Assembly: GCA_965215195.1 (NCBI GenBank)
Contig: CBDCDC010000002.1
Span: 672,001 to 736,000 of the forward strand
Source: Candidatus Latescibacterota bacterium
GTDB taxonomy: Bacteria; Latescibacterota; UBA2968; UBA8231
Direction of reading: 5' to 3'
DNA length: 64,000 bases
Below are positions 58,630-64,000 of the stretch, one piece after another; the first letter of the stretch is position 1; every line of letters starts with the position of its first letter. The notes beneath the pieces were generated by a model, which worked only from the letters and a program-made list of their open reading frames with translations, did no database searches and was not told the origin of the DNA. The position numbers were made by a program, and so were the translations under genes.

Positions 58630-59476
58630 CGCCTACTTCGCCCGTGTATAAATCGGGATTGCCCAACTGGGCGAAACCCTCGTCAAGCCCGCGGCAAAAC
58701 TTTTCCACAGCCAACTCGCCCAGCCCGACGACCTCCTCGTAGGCTTGGTCTGAGGGCAACAGCGGACGGGCCAAAGCCGCGCCATCCTTAAAGTGCGCCC
58801 AACGCTGGAGCCAATCCCCGAGGACCTTGCGCCCTAGGTGGGCAAACGCCAGTGTACACAGGGGATTGGGGCGGCGGCCGGCCACGCGGACGTGCCCTCC
58901 CCACCAGAGAATTTTGGGAATTCGCTGCAGCCACCGGGCGGTGGCCTCCTCCCCTCGTTTCAGCAGGCTCTCGTCGGCATCGCGGCCGTAGAAAGCCTCC
59001 CCCACTTCCCCCAGCAAGCTGCGGCCATCGGCGCGGCGGGGAAAGTGCAAGCGCGCACTCCACAGCCCGCCCATCCCCTCGCTGGCCAGCAAGCGGCAGT
59101 CAACTCCCCATTCCAAGCGCAAATGCCACAAATCAGGCGCGGCCGGCCGGGTGCCCTCGCCGAGCAAGGCGGCCACGCGGGCCTCAACCCAGGGATGCAC
59201 GGCCATATCCGCATAGACGTGAAGTCCCCAACCGGCTGCAAACGCCCGCTCGTTAGGGCTAGCGGCCCCTTGGGTCAGGGCGCGCAAAAAGTCGCCGCAC
59301 CGCTCCAGATGCGCACGATGCGACAAGGCTGCCGGGCCACCGGGGAAAAAACCGATATCCGGCCCTACGGAACCAGCGGCAAAGGCCGCCGGCATCTCTT
59401 CTTCCCCGACGCAGTCACCAAAAACTAGGGGAAAGACCCGCTCGGCCAGCCACAAGTGGAAGAAGCTGCCTGCCAA
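58622..59476 (-). CDS. Zinc-dependent phospholipase C/P1 nuclease-family protein
   Basis: N-terminal H, GSVGPD, H, GWGLHVYAD...HP and HLRLE. Confidence 0.8.
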
Positions 59477-59479
59477 ACG

Positions 59480-59974
59480 TTAGAACGGCAGGTCGTCGTC
59501 GTCACCACCCGGCGGCGGGGGCGCAACGGGCTGGGCGGGCTGGGCGGGCTGGGCGGGCTGGGCGGCGGGGCCGGTGCTTTGCCCGCCGGCTGGACGGTCG
59601 GGATAGCCAGTATCTCTGCCGCCGCCACCGCCCTCGCCGCGGCTATCGAGCATCTGCATGTCGAAGACTACGACCTCGGTCGTATAGCGCTTCTGGCCGC
59701 TCTGGTCGTCCCAAGATCGCGTCTGCAACTTGCCTTCGACATAGATCCTGCTGCCCTTTTTGAGATACTGCTGGGCAACCTCGGCCTGCCTGCGCCAGAG
59801 CACGAGCCGATGCCACTCGGTGCGCTCTTGGCGCTCGCCCGTATTGCGGTCGTTCCAGCTTTCAGTAGTGGCCAAGTTGACATTGGCTACGGGTACGCCA
59901 TCCGGCGTGTAGCGCACCTCCGGGTCGCTGCCCAAATTGCCGATCAAAATTACTTTGTTTACTCCACGGGCCAT
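59480..59974 (-). CDS. ssb: Single-stranded DNA-binding protein
   Basis: [35 protein letters not shown] and C-terminal DDLPF; start moved to MARGVNK. Confidence 0.97.
   Translation of the reverse strand: MARGVNKVILIGNLGSDPEVRYTPDGVPVANVNLATTESWNDRNTGERQERTEWHRLVLWRRQAEVAQQYLKKGSRIYVEGKLQTRSWDDQSGQKRYTTEVVVFDMQMLDSRGEGGGGGRDTGYPDRPAGGQSTGPAAQPAQPAQPAQPVAPPPPGGDDDDLPF
59527..59562. repeat. 9-bp tandem repeat x4 in the ssb linker (AQP repeats)
   Basis: (CGGGCTGGG)4. Confidence 0.9.
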
Positions 59975-60041
59975 ATATTCGCTCCTTTCTGCGGGTGCGC
60001 CGCCAATGCACACGCACCCATTAATGTTCGCAATTTCGCTT

Positions 60042-60070
60042 ATCTTAGGCGCAAGTTTTGGCCTAGTCAA
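60042..60070 (-). promoter_or_regulatory. sigma-70 promoter of ssb
   Basis: TTGACT-17 nt-TAAGAT on the minus strand. Confidence 0.7.
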
Positions 60071-60096
60071 GGCCAGCCCCCACCCCTCTGGTGGGC

Positions 60097-60125
60097 TTGA
60101 CTTTCTTCGGCGGCTTCGCTATTCT
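60097..60125 (+). promoter_or_regulatory. sigma-70 promoter upstream of the ftsA leader
   Basis: TTGACT-17 nt-TATTCT. Confidence 0.7.
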
Positions 60126-60131
60126 TCCATA

Positions 60132-60252
60132 TCCTTAACTAATAAGGGCTTGCGGTCAGCCGACTTCCCCCTTTGTCTGGCGTTGTGAGCCCTAGTAATT
60201 TGGGGTTGAGTGCCCCAAATCGTCGCATCGCTGCCGCGACGGTAGCTTTTCT
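60132..60252 (+). ncRNA. Candidate structured leader/sRNA ending in an intrinsic terminator
   Basis: Three consecutive stems; the last is GCTGCCG-cga-CGGTAGC followed by TTTTCT. Confidence 0.4.
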
Positions 60253-60328
60253 CCTCTCCCAGTACGTCCTCGCTTTGCCCTACTGCGCTGCATTCCGCGG
60301 CTGCGCTTAGAAAGAAGGTACGCCAACC

Positions 60329-61543
60329 ATGGCTGGATCCCCCGTCGTCGTTCTCGATGTTGGTGCCTCAAAAGTTCTATGCCTAGTCGGCGAGGTGCAA
60401 AACAATTCCCAAGTCAAGATCTTGGGCCTAGGGCACAGCCCCTGCACCGGTCTGCGCCGCAGCGCCGTCATCGACATGCCCCAAGTAGCAGAGTCCATCC
60501 GCACAGCCCTCGCCGAAGCCGAGCGCTCGACCGGCCTCAAAATCGCCGGGGCCTATCTCGGCATGGCCGGCGAAGGAATCAGTGCTCGGACGAATTACAG
60601 CACGGTGGGCATCTCCGGCTCCTCCAACCCCATCTCCGAAGAGGACCGGGACCGCGCCCTACTCGCCGTTACGCAGGAACAGGCCGCCGAGGCCCAGACC
60701 GTGATGCATCGCTTCGTCCAAAGCTATGCCGTTGATGGCGAGCCAGTGCAAAATCCGCTCTGGCTGCACGGCAACCGCCTGTCGATCGAGGTGTTGACCG
60801 TTTCCGTGGCCGAACATCTATGCACGGCCTTTGGCCACGCGGCCGCCAAAGCCGGCGTTGAGATTGCCGGCGTCGTCCTCGAAAGCGTCGGCATTGCCCA
60901 CGCCACCTTGTCCCAAGACGAGCGAGACATGGGCGTTGCCCTGCTGGATCTCGGTGCCGGCACCTGCGACCTAGCCGTATTCCAAGGTCCGATGCGGCAC
61001 GTGGAGGAAATTCCGCTGGGGGGCGACGACATAACGCGCGATCTATCGGTCGTCTTAAGCATCCCAATCCGCGAAGCCGAGCAGCTCAAATGCCGCTTCG
61101 GCAGCGTTAGCTGTCCCGGGGAAGACGGCGATGAGACCGTCACGTACCACACGACCGCCGGCCGCGCCTGTACCTTAACCAAGCAGCAGGTCAGCATGAT
61201 CATCGAAGCCCGGCAGCGCGAGATTTTTGAATACGTGCGCCAAGCCCTCGTCAACACCCCGTACAACGAGCGCTTGGCCGCCGGCATCGTACTCACCGGC
61301 GGCGGGGCCTCGCTCAACCAGATCGCGCCGCTCGCCGAGGAGGTGTTCGGCCACCACGTCCGCATTGGCGTCCCCCAAGACGTGATCGCCCCGGTCGCGG
61401 TCAACGATCCCAGCTATACCACCGCGATCGGGCTGTTGCGGTTTGTCGCCGACGGACACAGCACCCCGGCCGAGGTGCCCGACGACGACCGGACCCGCAA
61501 CGGCTTTGCCCACGCGCTGGGCAAACTGTTCAATTTCTTTTAG
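60329..61543 (+). CDS. ftsA: Cell division protein FtsA
   Basis: LDVGASKV, YAVDG..VQNP, LDLGAGT, GGDDITRDL, AEQLK, GIVLTGGG, VRIG.P and a C-terminal amphipathic helix. Confidence 0.93.
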   Translation: MAGSPVVVLDVGASKVLCLVGEVQNNSQVKILGLGHSPCTGLRRSAVIDMPQVAESIRTALAEAERSTGLKIAGAYLGMAGEGISARTNYSTVGISGSSNPISEEDRDRALLAVTQEQAAEAQTVMHRFVQSYAVDGEPVQNPLWLHGNRLSIEVLTVSVAEHLCTAFGHAAAKAGVEIAGVVLESVGIAHATLSQDERDMGVALLDLGAGTCDLAVFQGPMRHVEEIPLGGDDITRDLSVVLSIPIREAEQLKCRFGSVSCPGEDGDETVTYHTTAGRACTLTKQQVSMIIEARQREIFEYVRQALVNTPYNERLAAGIVLTGGGASLNQIAPLAEEVFGHHVRIGVPQDVIAPVAVNDPSYTTAIGLLRFVADGHSTPAEVPDDDRTRNGFAHALGKLFNFF

Positions 61544-61612
61544 TGCGCGACGCGGACCGAGGCGGTTCTTGACACCGTAGCTAGCCTCGCCTAGTTTTTA
61601 CTTCACAGCATG

Positions 61613-61688
61613 GCCGCCATAGCTCAGTTGGTAGAGCAACTCACTCGTAATGAGTAGGTCCCCGGTTCAAGTCCGGGTGGCGGCTCCA
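61613..61688 (+). tRNA. tRNA-Thr(CGT)
   Basis: Cloverleaf with GCCGCCA acceptor stem, anticodon loop CT-CGT-AA, TTCAAGT T-loop and CCA; TTGACA-17-TAGTTT promoter upstream. Confidence 0.97.
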
Positions 61689-61693
61689 CAACG

Positions 61694-61762
61694 CAACGAG
61701 GGCTTGCGCCCGAGGCGGCCCCAGTACTGAGGCCGGACAGCTCGCAAGCCCTCGTTTGCATT
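61694..61762 (+). terminator. Long hairpin/terminator after tRNA-Thr
   Basis: AACGAGGGCTTGCG...CGCAAGCCCTCGTT, a 14-bp perfect stem. Confidence 0.65.
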
Positions 61763-61783
61763 AGTCTCTTTCCCGCTCAGCCC

Positions 61784-62197
61784 GTGTCCAGTTCCGATCT
61801 CCCCACACTAAACGTCTGCCTCAACACCTTGTGTGTGTTCCTGCTCGTACGTGGCTTCTTGCAGATCCGCCGCGGCGCACGTCAAGCCCACCAAAAGTCC
61901 ATGCTAGCCGCCCTCACCTGCTCCGTGCTCTTCCTGTGTTCGTATTTGGTTTACCACGTTCAGGTAGGCTCAGTGCCTTATCCCCACCACGACTGGACCC
62001 GTCCCCTGTACTTCGCCGTGCTCATACCCCACATCGTCCTCGCCACGCTGATGGTCCCCTTTGTGGCCCTCGTCGTCTGGCGCGCTTACAAGCGGGATTT
62101 CGCCCGCCACCGTCGGTTGGCCCGCTGGGTCTGGCCGGTGTGGATCTTTGTCTCGGTTAGCGGCGTGGTGGTCTATCTGATGCTCTACCGGCTCTGA
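61784..62197 (+). CDS. DUF420 membrane protein
   Basis: LPTLNVCLN, H.KSM, FLCSYLVYH, LIPHIVLA and HRRLARWVWPVWIFVSVSGVVVY. Confidence 0.92.
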   Translation: MSSSDLPTLNVCLNTLCVFLLVRGFLQIRRGARQAHQKSMLAALTCSVLFLCSYLVYHVQVGSVPYPHHDWTRPLYFAVLIPHIVLATLMVPFVALVVWRAYKRDFARHRRLARWVWPVWIFVSVSGVVVYLMLYRL

Positions 62198-62199
62198 AA

Positions 62200-62964
62200 T
62201 CAGGGGCCGCGATTGCGGGCCACCATCCAAGCGGCCCCAGCGGTCGTCAGCACCGTCCAGCCCCCAGTGATTAGCAGGGCGTGTACAAACGTCCCATCGG
62301 CTATCAGTTGAGTCGGCACCAAGTAGAACGCCTTGCGCAAAACGACCAGCGCGTAGGTCACGGGATTGCACTGCATCACCCACTCGAGCCAAGGCGCGGC
62401 CCCTTCAATGGGAAAGAGTGCACCGGAAAGAAACCACAGGGGGATGAGCACGACGCTCATCACCGCGTGGTAGCCAGCCACTGAATCCAGCTTCCACGCG
62501 ACCATGAAGCCCAGACCCGTGAAGCCCATGCCGATCAGCGCACAGAGGGCCAAGAGGGCCAAGAGCATCTCCGCCGTCAAGCCAATGCCGGCCACCGGTG
62601 CCAGCAACAAAAATACAAGTACCTGCAACAGGGCGATGAGCGTACCGCCGACCAGCTTGCCCACTGCTATACTCAGGCGCGGCACCGGGGCTATTAGTAC
62701 GCCTTGCAAAAAGCCGACGCTGCGGTCTTCGATGAGGGTGATAGTGGAAAAAATCGCCGCGAATAGTAGGAGCATCAGCACGACGCCCGGATAGAAGAAT
62801 TCTCCGTAGCTCAACTCGCTGCCCCCGCTGATAAAACTGTCGGCAAAACCCGAGCGCATGAAAAACCACAGCATCAGCGGCTGCACCAAGCTCCCCAAAA
62901 GCCGAGAGGGCTGGCGCAGAAAGCGCAGCACTTCGCGCTGGGCCAGAATCCAGACGCCGTTCAA
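62200..62964 (-). CDS. ABC-2 type transporter permease
   Basis: REVLRF, EDRSVGFLQGVLIAP, FLSGALFP and NPVTY. Confidence 0.92.
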   Translation of the reverse strand: MNGVWILAQREVLRFLRQPSRLLGSLVQPLMLWFFMRSGFADSFISGGSELSYGEFFYPGVVLMLLLFAAIFSTITLIEDRSVGFLQGVLIAPVPRLSIAVGKLVGGTLIALLQVLVFLLLAPVAGIGLTAEMLLALLALCALIGMGFTGLGFMVAWKLDSVAGYHAVMSVVLIPLWFLSGALFPIEGAAPWLEWVMQCNPVTYALVVLRKAFYLVPTQLIADGTFVHALLITGGWTVLTTAGAAWMVARNRGP

Positions 62965-63914
62965 GCGGCGTTTCCCTCCTCGAGGTGCTGGCCGGTGTGG
63001 CGCACGAACACATCGTCGAGCGAGGGGGGGGCCAGCGACATTGAGCGGATCTGGGGGCCGAAGCGCTGGAATACCTCGTCGAGGCTGATGTCGCTTTTGA
63101 GCGGGACGCGCAGGTCTTGATCCACGACTAGGCCCTCTAGGCCCATGGCGTGGCCCAGTGCAGCTTGCAACGCGGCTGCATCGTCGCTGCGCAGCGTGAG
63201 GATTTCGCGCCCCAATTGGCGTTGCAAGACCCTTGGGGGGCCGCAGACGAGCAATTGTCCTTGGTGCAAAATGGCGACTCGGTCCGCACGCTCGGCTTCG
63301 TCCAAAAGGTGGGTCGAGACCACGACCGTGAGCGGTTCGTCCGCTCTGAGGACCTCCACTTGGTGCCAGAAATCTTGGCGCGCCACTGGATCCAACCCGG
63401 CCGTCGGCTCGTCAAGCACGAGAATGGCCGGCGTTGGCAGGAGTGCTTTGGCCAATTCGACGCGCCGCTGCATGCCCCCAGACAGCTTCTCCACCCGCTC
63501 GCTGCGTCGCTCCCACAAGCCGACAGCCTCCAGCAACTGTTGGCTGCGCGGGCGCACGGCGCGGCGGCCCATGCCGTAGAGCAGACCCGCCAGCCGCAGG
63601 TTTTCGCCGACCGTCAATTTCCCGTCGAGCGCGGGCGTTTGAAAGACAACTCCCAACTGGCGGCGCACCGCAGACGGATCTTGCCCCAAGAGCACGCCGC
63701 CGACTCGCACTGCACCCGAAGTCGGCACCAGCGCGGTGGTCAGCACGCGCAGGAGCGTGGATTTACCGCTGCCATTAGGCCCCAACAAGGCCATCGTCTC
63801 CCCGGAGCAAATGTCGAGATCGATCGCTTGGAGTGCGCGGCGGCCCTTTTTCTTGCGCGTACCCGCATAGACGTGGGAAAGCTGCGAGATGCTGATGAGC
63901 ACTTGGGGGACCAA
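62961..63914 (-). CDS. ABC transporter ATP-binding protein
   Basis: GPNGSGKST, LSGGMQRR, LDEPT and STH. Confidence 0.95.
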   Translation of the reverse strand: MVPQVLISISQLSHVYAGTRKKKGRRALQAIDLDICSGETMALLGPNGSGKSTLLRVLTTALVPTSGAVRVGGVLLGQDPSAVRRQLGVVFQTPALDGKLTVGENLRLAGLLYGMGRRAVRPRSQQLLEAVGLWERRSERVEKLSGGMQRRVELAKALLPTPAILVLDEPTAGLDPVARQDFWHQVEVLRADEPLTVVVSTHLLDEAERADRVAILHQGQLLVCGPPRVLQRQLGREILTLRSDDAAALQAALGHAMGLEGLVVDQDLRVPLKSDISLDEVFQRFGPQIRSMSLAPPSLDDVFVRHTGQHLEEGNAA

Positions 63915-64000
63915 CTGAAATCTCCTGAAGCCGAAAGGCCGGGCGCGTGAGGTGCTAAAACAAAAAATTGGGAAATTAACCGATTCCCAGCCAGCGTCAA

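Noticed and set aside
59527-59562. Tandem repeat as a CRISPR or phase-variation locus
   Set aside because: An in-frame 9-mer in the disordered SSB linker with no spacers.

Overview
Gene-dense, GC-rich bacterial chromosomal window with about 60 CDS and two tRNAs (Asn-GTT, Thr-CGT). I found no CRISPR array, rRNA, integrase or transposase. The short Bacteroidota-type sigma-70, RNase Y and Wzi-like protein suggest an FCB-superphylum diderm such as a Latescibacterota-like organism; this is inference only. Housekeeping content includes hemE, korAB, msrAB, dxr, rny, folE, queD, sodA, nth, eno, ssb and ftsA. The best candidate for an undescribed system is a rewired phage-shock (Psp) locus at 36774-41357. 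A consensus sigma-54 promoter with paired UAS palindromes drives pspA, followed by a membrane-anchored winged-helix protein, a PspB-like protein, a soluble TPR histidine kinase and a PspF-type activator. The activator has gained a receiver domain and lost the PspA-sensing Trp. Other points of interest: a UvrA paralogue with both ATPase sites degenerate, coupled to GT-C/TPR genes; a 4-hydroxybutyryl-CoA-dehydratase-like protein lacking all Fe-S cysteines; CBS proteins flanking korAB; a USP-USP-PTS EIIA fusion; a Wzi-GT2-radical SAM-GT2 cluster; a structured, terminated leader RNA before an orphan ftsA; and a GT2 islet beside tRNA-Asn. All calls come from motif recognition by eye; no searches were run.
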